Assembly (NCBI RefSeq): GCF_004010195.1
Contig: NC_057725.1
Coordinates: forward strand, 55,699,312-55,763,311
Direction of reading: 5' to 3'
Origin: Chiloscyllium plagiosum
Taxonomy: Eukaryota
Length of the DNA: 64,000 nucleotides
Shown: one piece after another, positions 22,641-35,659 of the stretch
Layout: every line of letters starts with the position of its first letter
How positions within the stretch are numbered: the first letter of the stretch is position 1
The notes under the pieces: generated by a model
The model's input: only the letters and a program-made list of their open reading frames with translations
Database searches by the model: none
Told to the model about the DNA's origin: nothing
Translations under genes and position numbers: made by a program

Positions 22641-23650
22641 TCCCTTGCACGTAACCCCTTTCACGTTTTTGTATGTGTTCGCTCAAGTGAGGTAACCATC
22701 AATTCAGGGGAGCTTAAAAGTATTGCAAACTGTTCTGCAAGTTGCAAAGCTGCTTTCCAACCCCACAGTTTCTTACGCGCTTCAAGAAATTTGGTTTTGC
22801 AAGTACCTGATTTTTGCAGGGGCTTTCAGGACCTGATGTCAAAGGAGCTGCGGGGTAGCGAATACTGAAGCAGGTCAAGTAATTTACAATAAAATGAGCA
22901 CCTTATAAAAACCCTGCTAGGGAACCATTTAACATGTCCGCATGCACGATGTGAAAATCTTTATTAGGCTTGGTTCCCCCACCTCAATTGTTCCACAAAT
23001 CTTACCTACCTTGATGAGGAGGTGGCCGTGTTGGACTGGGTTGGATAAAGTTAAAAATCGCACAACACCAGGTCGTAGTCCAACTGGTTTATGTGGCAGT
23101 GCCAGCTTTTGGAGTGCTGCTCCTTTGTCAGTTTTCTCTTACCCACCCCAGCCAAACAAAATTCCTCCATGATTTATTTGATAGATTTCCTAAGTTCGAG
23201 CAGTAATTGACCTGCATTAACTTTTTGCTCATAGTGATGGCTTTGGATTTAATGTAGGGGACCAGTCTGCTAAAGTGACATTGGGCATGGATTGTAGAAT
23301 ACAGACTAGCCTGAAAAGAAAGATGATGCCTCAGGTTCCAGTAGCTGTTTGTGTATTGTGGAGCTTCGTGACAATGCCTGTTTCTGGAAATGTGTATGGG
23401 TCCACTGTGGTCTTGTTAATGCTGAAGGCAACTAATGGCCATGGAGTTGTGCCCTAATGCCATCTGGACCAGGGATTAAAGAGAAATTGATTAACAAATA
23501 GATGAAAAGTTTGTTTTAAAAAGCTACTGTGGAAACTACAATGCTGTAAGAAATCAAGAGTTTGTGCTTTCTGCCAAATAGCAATCAAATATCTTTTGCA
23601 ATTTTTCTATACAAGGATAACTGAAGCTAAATTCTTCCCTTTTTTTTAGA

Positions 23651-23773
23651 ATGCGTTACGTCGCAGCTTATCTCCTTGCTGTATTGGGTGGCAATACATC
23701 ACCATCTTCAAAGGACATTAAGAAGATTTTAGACAGTGTTGGTATTGAAGCTGATGATGAACGACTGAATAAG
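23651..23773 (+). CDS. RPLP2: 60S acidic ribosomal protein P2, coding exon 1
   Basis: MRYVAAYLLAVLGGNTSPSSKDIKKILDSVGIEADDERLNK; acceptor AG at 23648-23649, donor GT at 23774. Confidence 0.97.
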
Positions 23774-23858
23774 GTATTAGTTTCTCTGGGTTTGAGCATG
23801 CTGCGATTGGCTGAATTTTCACTCTTCTGATGGTGATCATATTATAAATGAATTTCAG

Positions 23859-23907
23859 GTTATCAGTGAGCTGAAAGGCAAGAACGTGGATGATGTCATC
23901 GCTGCTG
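23859..23907 (+). CDS. RPLP2: RPLP2 coding exon 2
   Basis: VISELKGKNVDDVIAA(G); 49 nt with TTTCAG acceptor and GTAAGT donor. Confidence 0.97.
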
Positions 23908-23939
23908 GTAAGTTACCTTGTTTAACATAATCGTAAGTG

Positions 23940-24210
23940 TAACCCACCCCTACCCTATTATTCTACATTTACCCCTGACTAATGCACCTAACCCCCTGCA
24001 TCTCTGAACACTATAAGCAATTTAGTATGGTCAATTCACCTAACCTCCACATCTTTGGATTGTGGGTGGAAATCAGAGCGCCCAACGGAAACCCATTCAA
24101 ACACTGGGACAGAATGTGCAAATCCCACAGATGGTTACCTAGGGCTGAAATCGAACCTGGGTCCCTGGCGCTGTGAGGCAGCAGTACTGACCACTGAGTC
24201 ACCATGCCAC
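23940..24210 (-). mobile_element. HE1-like V-SINE
   Basis: tRNA-like head with A/B boxes (GTGACTCAGTGG..GGTTCGATTTC) and V-SINE body TTTGCACATTCT..CAAAGATGTG..GGTTAGGTGAATTG. Confidence 0.8.
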
Positions 24211-25124
24211 TGTATTTTGCTGAGCAAATGCATATACTGCTATGATTACCAAGGTGTAAAACAGAATATTATTGAAATAAATCTTTGTCACCAGTGAAAG
24301 TGTAGGTGTAATCTCGACATTAATGAACCAAGGAGTTCTTTGTTTCCCTACTGTAAGTCAATTAAGGTTAGAGTAAAGTTAACATTTCAGGATGACTCTT
24401 ATTTATGAATTTGAAGCATTTACTCTGTTCCTTTCTCCACAAATACTGCTAAACATATTCAACATGATACTTTTTTTATCCTATCTTGCATCCAATTCAT
24501 TTCTCCAGTCACTTGCTCTGCTTTTTAATCTCCATTGGCTTTCATTTTGGAAACATTCAAAATTAAAATTCTTTGCCTTGTTTTCAAGTACCTCTGTGAC
24601 CTCAATTATCCCTGACTTCAGGCGAAAGTGAGTACTGTAGATGCTAGTCAAGAGTGTGGTGCTGGAAAAGCACAGCAGGTCAGGCAGCATCAGAGGAGCA
24701 GGAAAATCGACATTTCGGGCATAAGAAGGGCACTCATGCCTAACTTCAGCTGCCTCTAGCCCAAACATTCTCCCAAGATCTTTGTTACTCCAATTCTAGC
24801 ATCTTTAAGTTCCACCATTGGTAACTAAGTTTACAGCTGCCAGGACCATAAATCTGAAATTTGTTTTTCGACCTCTGCCTCTCTACCTCTCTGTTCTTTA
24901 AGCTGTTTCTTCAAAAGCTACTCGTCCTGATATTTTCTTCATGATTGGATATCGATTTTTGTCTCATAATTTAAACACTATGGAATGCCTTACTGTGTTA
25001 AGGCTGCTCCATTAATGCAAACTGTTGCTGTTGTTCTCTCGGACTTCACGGTGCCAGGGCTTGGTGGAACTCCTCCTCCTCTTAATTCAGAAGATTGCCA
25101 GTTCAGGTTTCACTCCAGGGACTC

Positions 25125-25350
25125 AGGGGAAAAATTTAAAAGGCATTTGTCGGGCAACTGGGTGGTGCATGCATGGAAGGAGCTGCCAGAGGAAATGGAA
25201 AGGCAGGTACAATTGCAAGACTTATAAGACATGTGGATGGGTATGGATAGGAAAGGTTTAGAGGGTTATGGGCCAAACGTGGGCACATGGACAAGTTCAG
25301 TTTAAGATACGTGGTCAGCATGGACAAATTACCTGCTGTATGACTCTCTA
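25125..25350 (+). mobile_element. CR1-like LINE 3' fragment
   Basis: WKELPEE-type C-terminus and ATGACTCT tail. Confidence 0.7.
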
Positions 25351-26557
25351 AAAGTTTTGATTCATGATGAATTATGTGTGCATAAAACACTCAACAATTT
25401 TAGAGGGTGTACCACAGTGTTTTGTTCTTATTTCAAAGTGTACTGCTGATAATTTTGTCAGGGTGCGTACAATGAAGAATAGGTTATTCTTGACTTAGTT
25501 GGTCAGCATACTTAAAAGCTAGAAATCTGGAAGGAAGCATAAGGTGTGGTTTGTAGGGCTGATTCCATGGCTATGATTAGAAGGCGCATTGTGCAAGTTA
25601 AAGTGAACGTAGCAAGCTGAGCTGATTTTTGGAATATTATTGTCAAATCTTTGTGTTCAGTGCAAGGTCAGTTTGTTGTTGGCATATCCAGAGGTGGTGT
25701 TGAAATGGAAGTCACCAAGGTCTTGGTTAGATTTAGATTTTTATTGTCAATTGGCAAAGAGATGGATCTCATCACCCGGGAAGAGAGGTTTCAATTGTTA
25801 CCATAATTGCACCATTTATCTGGTGTGATCTATGGATGTGGGTTTGTGTCAGAAGAACTGAAATTTGGAAATATGGTTCTGTCTGATTGCTGTGACATGA
25901 TGGACCTTGGTCAGAATATTTTGTATGGGGAGAAAGTTAAAACTCATAGGTGTTGAATTTTGCAAACAAGTCTATGGGATTAAAGACATGCTGGAATTAG
26001 GGGTTCAAAGCTAAATGTAGGTTTTTAAGTTTTCAGACTAGAGCAGGTGTTGCTCTTTCGAGGTTCAGTTTTTTTTTACAAACAAATGTTTTTATAGTTG
26101 AAGGTAGTGCTTGAGATGCTTCCGCTTAAACTTCAACTGACAATTTGAAGTTTTCTGTTAAGTCCACTCCCTGTTCAGGAGAGGAGACTGCAGCACACCG
26201 AGCACGAGACCCTGGCTCCACCGTCCCAACACCCGTCAGCCCCCCTCCACGTTGGGGCAGCCGGAGTGGGAACCAACTGTAAGACTGTTGCTGCCTTTGT
26301 GGGTTAAGTCTCCAAATACAGTGCGTGCACACAGATACAACATTTTACTGCAGCTTTTTGACAAGTTCCACCTCTGCCCTGTACAGAGCAAGTTGGAGAG
26401 ATTATCTGGGGAAGGGGGAGGTTTAGGGGTCACCCCTGTGTAGAACTCCATGGAAAGTGGGGGGTGGAGTAGAGTGGGCAGGAGGTCAGCCATTTCAGAG
26501 ACTGTTCTCGGCAGCGTTTCAATGAGTCAAGATAGTTTTTAATCACCGTAAACAAAA

Positions 26558-26874
26558 TACGCGATCTGGGTCGAAACAGCTCTTTGATATAATGCTTCTA
26601 TTGGGACCTCAAGATCTCCTTTGGATAATCCGATATTTGGATAATCTAAGTTCCTCTGTATTATGCTTCCTTTTGTTATGGTTGACTCTGGGAGTATAGA
26701 TGGAAATGTGTTGCTGGAAAAGCGCAGCAGGTTACGCGATCTGGGTCGAAACAGCTCTTTGATATAATGCTTCTATTGGGACCTCAAGATCTCCTTTGGA
26801 TAATCCGATATTTGGATAATCTAGGTTCCTCTGTATTATGCTTCCTTTTGTTATGGTTGACTCTGGGAGTATAG
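26558..26874 (+). repeat. 142-bp direct duplication separated by a 33-nt Penelope-end fragment
   Basis: Copies 26558-26699 and 26733-26874 differ at one base; spacer contains AAATGTGTTGCTGGAAAAGCGCAGCAGGT. Confidence 0.9.
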
Positions 26875-27181
26875 GTCAGTTCTATTATTGCTCCCCAACC
26901 ACAGACCTGAAAAGCAATGGAAGTTGTCACAGCAAAAAAACTGCAATTTTCTGTTCCCTTCTGTCCAGAGAAAGTAGCCGTAACACAACCCTCCCCATTC
27001 CCAAATGATTTTTAATATAGTTTTTTTTTTCCAAGTTTCTTTCCCTTGATGCCTTGTTCTGTGGTGGGTTGTGGGACAAGCTTATCTTTGCTTGCCTGTG
27101 GAAATATGGATTTTGGAATCTGTGGTAGAGGAGGGGAAAGTGTATTGTGGTGTTACGCTGACTAATGAATTTTCTATTTAG

Positions 27182-27268
27182 GCAATGCTAAACTTGCAAG
27201 TGTCCCAGCTGGTGGGGTCGCAGCTTCTGGTGCTACAGGTGGTGCTGCTCCAGCTGCAGCAGCTGTTG
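27182..27268 (+). CDS. RPLP2: RPLP2 coding exon 3 (Ala/Gly-rich hinge)
   Basis: (G)NAKLASVPAGGVAASGATGGAAPAAAAV; phase 1-1, TTTAG acceptor and GTAAGT donor. Confidence 0.96.
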
Positions 27269-27475
27269 GTAAGTGCTCATTGTCTCGTTATTTGGATAGT
27301 ATTAACTTCTGGTTTAAATTGTGACTTTTGTGTCTGGTCCAGTACTAAAGTGCAGCATTTGATACATTTGCTTGCTTCACAAAGCTGAGTATCATAAAGC
27401 AGAGGTGGTAAATTGTTTGTTACACCCAGTGTTACAGATAGAGATTGGAGGCACTTCAGAATAATTATTTAAGAT

Positions 27476-28387
27476 CAAGTTGCAAGTTGGCCCACTGAGC
27501 TGGAGGATTTGTAACATCATCACTGAGCCTCCGGTGAAGCACTGGTGTTCTGTTCCGCTTTCTATTTGTCTTGGTCTGTTATGGTGGGTGATATCATTTC
27601 CTGTTCTTTTTCTGAGGTTGGTAAATGGGGTCCAAATCGCTGTGTTTGTTGATGGAGTTCCGGTTTGAATGCCGGGTCTCTAGGAATTCCCACGCATGTT
27701 TAGGCTGTCCTAGATGGATGTGTTGTCCCAGTTGAAGTGGTGTTCTGTGTGTATCCTTATAGATACTAGTGGTAGTGGGTCATGTCTCTTGGTGGTTAGT
27801 TGGTGTTTGTGTATCCTGGCGGCTAGTTTCTTGCCTGTCTATCCGATGTAGTGTTTGTTGCAGTCCTTGCAGGGTATTTTGTAAATGAGATTCATTTTGC
27901 TGGTTGTTGGTACAGGCACCTTTAGGTTCATGAGTAACTGTTTGTGTGTTGGTGAGTTTGTGGGCTACCATGATGCCAAGGGGTCTGAGTAGCCTGGTAA
28001 TCATCTAAGATATTTATATGGTGTGGATAGAGTCTCTGGGCATGTTGTCGTCTTGTTTGGGTTTGTTGTTTAAGAATCGGTAGATTGTTTATTGGGTACC
28101 TGTTCTTGAATACAGTGTCTAGGTATTTTCTGCTCGTAGTTCCTGGGTACTGCAGTGTGTTGCGACCCAATTTAGCAACCTTTTGAGAAAAAGAACCAGA
28201 AATGATATCACCCACCTTAACAAGCCAAGCCATGTAAATAGAAAGCAGGACAGAGCGCCAGCACTTCACCAGAGGCTCACTAATGTTACCTAGTGTGGTG
28301 ATGAGACGCCTGACAGCAAACCCAGCAGCTCAGTGAGCAAACTTACAACCTGAGCCTCAAACTGAGCTACAAATCTTCTCAAAAGCC
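27476..28387 (-). mobile_element. 5'-truncated Penelope-like retroelement (family 4) with GIY-YIG endonuclease remnant and inverted terminal copy
   Basis: Minus strand NLIYKIPCKDCNKHYIG*TGKKLAARIHKH (GIY-YIG); end repeated inverted at about 28180-28387; TSD ATTTAAGAT at 27467-27475 and 28388-28396. Confidence 0.88.
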
Positions 28388-28615
28388 ATTTAAGATGTCA
28401 CCATGACTGTCCTTAGTAACAAATACCACTGCAACAAGTCAGTTGGACCAGCAAAGGCTCAGCTGACCTGAATAGTTTCAACATGTTCAAATAAATGATT
28501 GAACAGAGGCTTGATTTTTGTTTATGGGTTTATGCTTATTTGAATCCTCACTCTGACTTATGGTCATGTTGAAATGAATGGCTTGGCTTTAACTGTCTAA
28601 TTTTGTTTTAATCAG

Positions 28616-28692
28616 CTGAAGAAAAGAAAGAAGAGAAGAAAGAAGAATCTGAAGAATCAGATGATGACATGGGCTTTGGTCTCTTTGACTAG
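28616..28692 (+). CDS. RPLP2: RPLP2 last coding exon
   Basis: (A)EEKKEEKKEESEESDDDMGFGLFD-stop, the canonical P-protein C-terminus; spliced CDS 336 nt, 111 aa. Confidence 0.98.
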
Positions 28693-28708
28693 ATTCTAAA
28701 CTTTTTAA

Positions 28709-28714
28709 AATAAA
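28709..28714 (+). terminator. RPLP2 polyadenylation signal (second AATAAA at 28788-28793)
   Basis: AATAAA 17 nt after the stop codon. Confidence 0.8.
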
Positions 28715-29799
28715 ACTCTTGTGTCCTAATGGATGGTTGTTAGTAAATGGTATTTAAAATGGATTGTGTGCAAACCAGCGAGTGAGCAATAAAGCAAAAA
28801 TTGAATGCTGATTTGCTTTGGGGGAATGTTGGCTGTCCAAAAAAGCTGTTCCCTTTGTACCCTTTTTTCTCTCCTCTTCCAAGTTAGAGGAAGGATCTTA
28901 ATGATTCTAGTTTTAGCTATGCTTTACATTCATTGTCTATATTTTCACCATCATCTTTGACCTTTCAATGGGTTAGTATAAGAATTGTGTGTACTGGGAT
29001 TAATTTCTATTCAATCAAGCTTGTTGTGGCTGGGCAGCACAAAAAGGTACTGTAGTTGGGTTCAGTTTCACTATCCACCTAAGTGGCTGCCACTTAATAC
29101 TGATAGTTGGGAGAGAGAGAGAGAACCTGGCTTTGGAGATATTAGTTGAAGTGCTAATTCAGACTCTTCAACCAGGTTCTTAAAGACCTATTAATTTGAA
29201 GTACATATAGGTTACTGCCTTTTAAAGATATCCCTACCTTCTGTATCTGTCTTGACTAGCTGATGGAACAAGAATTGTGAATGTTGCTTGGAGTCATTGA
29301 TCTTAATGAGCAGATGCTGTATGTAAGTACAGTGCTGCTGATAAGAGGTGGCATTGCAAAAATTAATTCAGCTATACCAAGCAGTAGCATGTGCGGAGTG
29401 TTACTTTTTAATGATCTAAGTTTGAATTAGTGCAAAATAAAAATTGAATTGGGCTGAATGAAGGTAGGGGTGTACTTTTCACTTTTAAATAGTGATGGGC
29501 TTGTATTTATGCGTTTGTGATCTTACAAAGTGATGAAATCACTGATTAGTGATTTTTATTTTGTACAATGGAACTGTTCTCTCAAAGAAAAGACTGACCA
29601 AATGGTGAATTTGTCAGGAATTCACAAGTGTCTGGCCCAATCTTCCAGGAGCTCTAGGAATTAAAGGAGGAGGTAGGAGTGCAGAACTCAAGAGGTTATT
29701 AAAATCTCCAGCATACACAAATAGGACGTGTATGGAAAAGGTGAGCAATCAAAACTTCCAAGTACACTCTTAAATAATGAAGCGGAACCATTTGTACTG

Positions 29800-32035
29800 A
29801 TCTGAAGGAGTTATATATGAATGCACGCACGAAGAGGGGCTAGGTAGATTTGACTAGGAGAGAAGCCTAGCTGGAAAGACAGGAGATTTTGGGAATCATT
29901 CCGGAGAGATCTGAGCTTCCTCCTGAGGAAAAAAACCCTGGTATACGGAGGATGAGGCAACCATGGCTGACTAGGGAAGTCAGGGATAGCATAAAAGCAT
30001 ATAATGTGGTGAAGGGCAGTGAGAAATCAGGGCTGGGAAGCTTACAAAGACCTACAGTGGGCAACAAAGCAAGAAATTTGCAGGAAGAAGATTAAATATG
30101 AGTGTAAGCCAACCAGTGATATAGTGGACAATTTAAGAGTTTTGTTAGACATGAAACAGTCAAAGGAGGATGTTGGGAAATGGCACAAGATAGGAGTGAG
30201 GAACAAGGAAATGGCTGAGGAATTGAATAACTACATCAGTCTTCACTGTGGAAGGCCTGTTGGGGGCAGAGCTGAGTCTGGTGGCCATCCCCAAGGAGAA
30301 GGTGCTAGAAAAACTGAATGGACTGAAGTTGAATAAATCACCTGAACCAGATGGACTACACCTCAGAGATACTGGTGATTTTTCTGGAATTGTTAGAATC
30401 AGGGAGGGTCTGAGATGACTGGAAAATTGCTAACATGACACCTGTTTAAACGTCGAGATTAGAGTTGTACTGGAAAAGCAGAGCAGGTCAGGCAGCATCC
30501 GAGGAGCAGGAAAAACAATGTTCTGGGCAAAAACCCTTCATCAGGAATCCCTGTTTAAAAACTGAATAAGGCAAAAGACTGAAATTTACAGACCAATCAG
30601 TCTAACCTCGGTCGTGGGTAAGATGCTGGAATCCATAGTGAAGGATGAGAATTCTGAATACCTGGATATGAATGGTAAAGTAGGGCAAAAGTCAGCATGG
30701 AGAGGGGAGGTTAAAATGTGTTGCTGGAAAAGCGCAGCAGGTCAGGCAGCATCCAAGGATGTTCCTTGGATGCTGCCTGACCTGCTGCGCTTTTCCAGCA
30801 ACACATTTTCAGCTCTGACCTCCAGCATCTGCAGCCCTCACTTTCTCTATGGAGAAGGGAGGTCATGCCTCACAAATCTGCTGAATTCTTTGGAGAAGTA
30901 ATGAGCAGGTTAGACAAAGGAAAACCAATGGATGTTATCTACCTGGCCTTCAGGGCCTTTGACAAGTTGCCACACAGGGGACTACAGAGTAAGGTAAGGG
31001 CCCATTGTGATGGTGTGGATAGCGGCTGGCTCTGGCAGGAAGCAGAGAGTGGGGATAAAAGGGTCCTTCTTGGGATGGCAGCCAGTAACCAGTCATGTTC
31101 TGCAAAGAGCAGTGTTGGGACCACAACTATTCACTATACATTAACGATGTAGAGAAAAGAACTGAGGCTATTCTGGCTACGTTTTCAGATTATACAAAGA
31201 TAAATAGAGAGACAGCATTGAGGAAGCAGGGCAGCTGCAGTAGGATTTGGACAGGTTCGGAGAGTGATAAGGAAGTGGCAGATGGAGTACAATGTGGGGA
31301 AAGTATGAGGTCATGCACTTTGGTAGGAAGAATAGAGGCATAGACATCTCTAATAGGGGACAAAATTCAGAAGTCTGAAGTGCAAAGAGACTTTGGAGGT
31401 CTCTCAAGGTAAACTTGCAGGTTGAGTCAGTAGTTAGAAAGAGGTGGCATTTATTTTGAAAGGGCTTGAATATAAAAGCAGGGATGTACTTCTGAGGCTC
31501 AATAAGGCTTTGCTCAGACCACGTTTAGAGATTTGTGTGCAGATTTGAACCCCATATTTCAGGAAAGGTGTACTGGATGTTCAGAAGAATTCACAAGAAT
31601 GAAAAGCTTAACGTATGAGGGACATTTTGAGGACTCTGAGTATAGACCCAGAGTTTAGAAGGATGCGGGATGGAGGAGATTTAATTGAAACACGCAGAAT
31701 ACTGAATGACCTGGACATAGTAGATGTTGGGAAGATATTTCCATTGGTCCGAGAGACCAGGACTCTAAAGACTCCGCCTTAGAGTAAAGGTTGTTTACCT
31801 TTCAGAACCAAGAAGAAGAAACTACTTCAGTCAGTGGTGAATCTGTGGAATTCACTGCCACAAAAGGTTGTGGAGGCCAGGTCATTGGGTATAATAAAGA
31901 CCGATAGATATGCTCTTGAGTATCAAGTGGATCAAAGGTCAGAGAAAATGGGGTTGAGAAACTTATCAGCCATGGTTGAATGGCAGAACGGGCTCAATGG
32001 GCTAAATGACCTAATTTCTGCTCCTATGTTTTATG
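29800..32035 (+). mobile_element. Degenerate CR1-type LINE with two nested Penelope-end insertions (30451-30549, 30711-30848)
   Basis: PWLTREV, YRPISLTSVVGKMLES, DVIYLAF.AFDKLPH, LWNSLPQKVVEA; nested TSDs CCTGTTTAAA and ATGGAGA(G/A)GGGAGG. Confidence 0.85.
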
Positions 32036-34054
32036 GTGTACATTGTAAAGGTATGCAGTAGTTGGGTTGTATGTCTGAGTGAGATAGAATTCAGTTAGTC
32101 TGTGGGTGGATACTTCTGTGGAGCAGTAGTGCTAACACCGTTGTGTCAGGTCTTCTGGAAGTGGCGGTACCTCACCTGTCCTGTACTGTATTACAATCAA
32201 TTAAGATTCCAGCGTGAAACTGGGCCTGAAATTTGGTTGCTGTGGTTCAGTCATTAGTTTTACAACTACTCTGTATTCTTTAACAAATATGCATTACCTG
32301 TGAAAATGCTATAAAACTCTGCATTTGACAGTTTTAAAAAGAACAACTGCAAAAATAATTCAACCTTTCACAGATACAGTCTAGTCAAATAACACTTGTA
32401 CATTCTTTCTTTAATTTCATATTTAATCAATGAGGTTACAAGTGTTCCATTTTGGTGACTTTCAGTACTTTCAGCATGTATACTTCACTCTGTCTGTACT
32501 CGAGACATGTATGCAGTCCAAATTTGTTTCTCTCTAAACCCTTTGAAAGCGATGTTGTGAGTGTTCGAAGAATGCTAAAAAAACGGAAGATTATATTCCA
32601 GCCTGAGGACTTCCACAAAAGCCTGCCCTTTTTTTTTCTAGTTGGCATATTCTTCTGACTTCTGAGTGGCCCCGTGTCATCTCTTTTCCTGCATGTCATA
32701 TAAGTTCAATTTTGAGAATATTTCAATTAACCTTCCAGGTGGCTCATCAAATCATTTAATTTGAATCCATGCTTTGTTTGAAAAGCTGACTTAAGTTCAC
32801 TGGTCCAAACCACATTCTGATCCTTGTTAAGAAGTCATCCTCTCAAACTAAAATCTCTCTCCGTTCAATTTTTGAATCTAAATTCCGAAATGGTATTAAT
32901 GTATTACAAACATACATCACAGTTCATGGAGTCAAGTTTGTGCTTTTAGATTCATAGGAAGAGCTTGCTTTCAATGTGAAAGTTTGAGGGTTTTCCCTCA
33001 ATGTTTATTTTGCAGACTGGTAGGTAATTGCTTTGCTCTTTTGATCTCAGTTAAATGATTTATCCCTTTATTTTATGTTGGTCATGTGTTTTGGAAGATT
33101 TGTCTTGTGTAAATTTGGCATGCTATTTGAATTTTGCAATGCAGTGTTGAAATTTTGATGGTTTTCTTTGTTGTGTTTACAACCGAATGGAATCGTGTTA
33201 AGCCAAAGTTATGGGTCACCTAGCTAAAAAGCTGTGGGAGGTGAAAGCTTTTGAGTCACTGGCCACTTTTAATAACACCAAGTATTGTTGATATTGCTTA
33301 GGCACAGGGGAATAACATAGTACCATTCACTCGCTCTCCCACTGATGGACAAGAGGTCAAGATGCAGAGCAGATTCCCTAAGATTCCTTCTATAACACCT
33401 TGCAAACCAATTACCAGTGCCATTCAGAAGAACAAGGGCCTCCGATAAATGGGAATGCTACTACTTGCAAGTTCACTTGCAAGCTATTCCCCATCCTGAA
33501 GAAGAAAAATCATGTCATTCCTTCAGTGTTGCTTGGTAAGAACCCTGAAACTCCTAAACAGTAGTGTGTGTGTGGGTGTGTCTATAAGTACCTGAATGGC
33601 AGTAATTCACCACTGCCTTCGAGGGCATTTGGGATGGAGAGGGTCAAGGCCATGGAACCATCTGAAATGCCTGATAAATGTTGATACAGTCATTTGAAAA
33701 ATATTTAGAAGTCTTGCTACCATATTTTCTCTACTACGGGCAAGTGCTAAGGCAATTTTTCATAACGAGTGATATTACACATTGTGTTGGTTATTTCCTA
33801 TACCTACCTAATTCGCCGAGATGATGAAATTCTCAGTAGCAAAAACCTAATACGAGCTTGTTGTATTTTGGTATATTGTAATACAATTGTTAACTTCAAA
33901 ACATGCACCAAATGTTAAATTCTGTCTAACTTTGATAGTAAAAACACACTGGGGTATGACATTTAAGATGTGTCTTATGGTGCGTCTTGACATTCAGCCA
34001 GAGGAAGGTGACAGTATAAAAGCTTCAATAAGAAGAGTTTTGAATGCTCTTTGG

Positions 34055-34390
34055 GTGGCGCGGTGGCTCACAGCACCAGGGACCTAGGTTCAATTCCCAC
34101 CTTGGGCGATTGGCTGTGTGGAGTTTGCACATTCTCCCTGTGTCTGCATGGATTTCCTCTGGGTGCACCGGTTTCCTCCCACAATTCAAAAATGTGTAGG
34201 TCAGGTGAATTAGCTGTGCTAAATTGCCCATAGTGTTCAGGGATGGTTAGGTTAGGTGTATTAGTCAGGAGTAAATGTAGAATAATAGGGTAGTGAATGG
34301 GTCGGGGTGGGTTACTCTTCGGGGGAGGGTGTGGATATGTTGGGTCGAAGGGCCTGTTTCCATATTGTGGGGAATCTAATCATCTAATCT
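34055..34390 (+). mobile_element. HE1-like V-SINE
   Basis: tRNA head, V-domain TGTGTGGAGTTTGCACATTCTCCC, CR1-derived tail GGGCCTGTTTCC..ATCTAAT. Confidence 0.85.
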
Positions 34391-35289
34391 GTCCTAACGA
34401 GGAGAAAAACAGAGTGCAGAGGGGGGATGACTGGACTGAATGGAGGTATAGTGAAAGTCCTGTGCAGGAGATGTACAAGGTTCCAGAATTGTCCCATCTA
34501 GTATTCTCAAATGGTTGTTGGGTAGTTACAACTCTCGGGTTTGCCAATACTTTTTTTGCACACGTAAGTGGGAGGGAATTCATAGATTCCTAATTGATTG
34601 CACTCAGGGGAGATGCATAGATTTATATCTTCTAGACTTCTGCACATGTGTGGCTTCTGGAAGTTGTTGTCAGTTTGCTGGTAATGGTGGTTGAACACAA
34701 CTTGCAATACCTGAGTCATCGCTTACTTTGCAACTGGCATTCACTTCATTCCAGCTGCTCAATGTTATGAGCTGTGGAACTAACTCTCAATGTCAGCACC
34801 TTCATGGGAGGAAATGTGTGTATGACAGAACAAGGAAGGAATGGCGATTTAAAAATAAACCATCTATTCGATGTTAAATTTCACATTAAACGGGTTGGAC
34901 AAAAGTATGCTATAACCTGCACAGATGAAATAAGGACTTAGCAAGAACTTATTGATTGCCTTGGGAGCTATCTGTACATCTAATTTTAAACTCTTGATCA
35001 CTTCTGGTTTTAATCTGTTCCTATATTGGACTCCTACACCCTAAACTCTGGAATATACCTCCTCCCCACTTTCCCCCTTCAACCTTAAAGTCTACCCATA
35101 CTTTTGGCCACAGAATAGTCACAGCACACAAGGAGTTCATTTGGCTTGTTAGATCCACACAAGAAAAGTCTGCTCGTTCCTTGCTCTTTTGTTTTTCTGT
35201 TCACTTGTTTGTCCAACCCACTTAGAGATGATAATATCTAAAGGGGGAGTCGGATGTTTAATTCTGCTTTATAATACCCTTGCGTGCGG

Positions 35290-35636
35290 GGGAGGAGATG
35301 GCCTAATGGTATTATTTGACTGTTAATCCAGAAATGCAAGTAATGTCTTGTGGATGGGCTTGAATCCTGCTGAGGCAGATCGTGGAATTTGAATTCAATA
35401 AATATCTGGGATTAAGAGTTTAATGATGATCATGAATCCATTGTGGATTGTCAGGAACACCTATTTGGTTGACTAATGTCCGTGGGGGGGGAGAGGAAGG
35501 AAACCGCTGATCTGTTTTACATTTGACTCCAGACCCACAGCAATGTGGTTGACTCTTAACTGCCTGCTGGGCAATTAAGGATGGGCAATAAATGCTGCCC
35601 TGGCCAGTGACCTCCTTATCCCGTGAATGAATAAAA
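35290..35636 (+). mobile_element. tRNA-derived SINE with LINE-type tail
   Basis: A-box GATGGCCTAATGG, B-box-like TTGAATCC, tail GGCAATTAAGGATGGGCAATAAATGCTG..GAATGAATAAAA; a similar tail is at about 38330-38399. Confidence 0.7.
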
Positions 35637-35659
35637 CAAAACAATATTCTGTAGTACTG

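Noticed and set aside
22170-22868. 232-aa and overlapping ORFs on both strands
   Set aside because: GC-rich CpG island over RPLP2 exon 1 and intron 1; stop-poor by composition, with no recognisable domain
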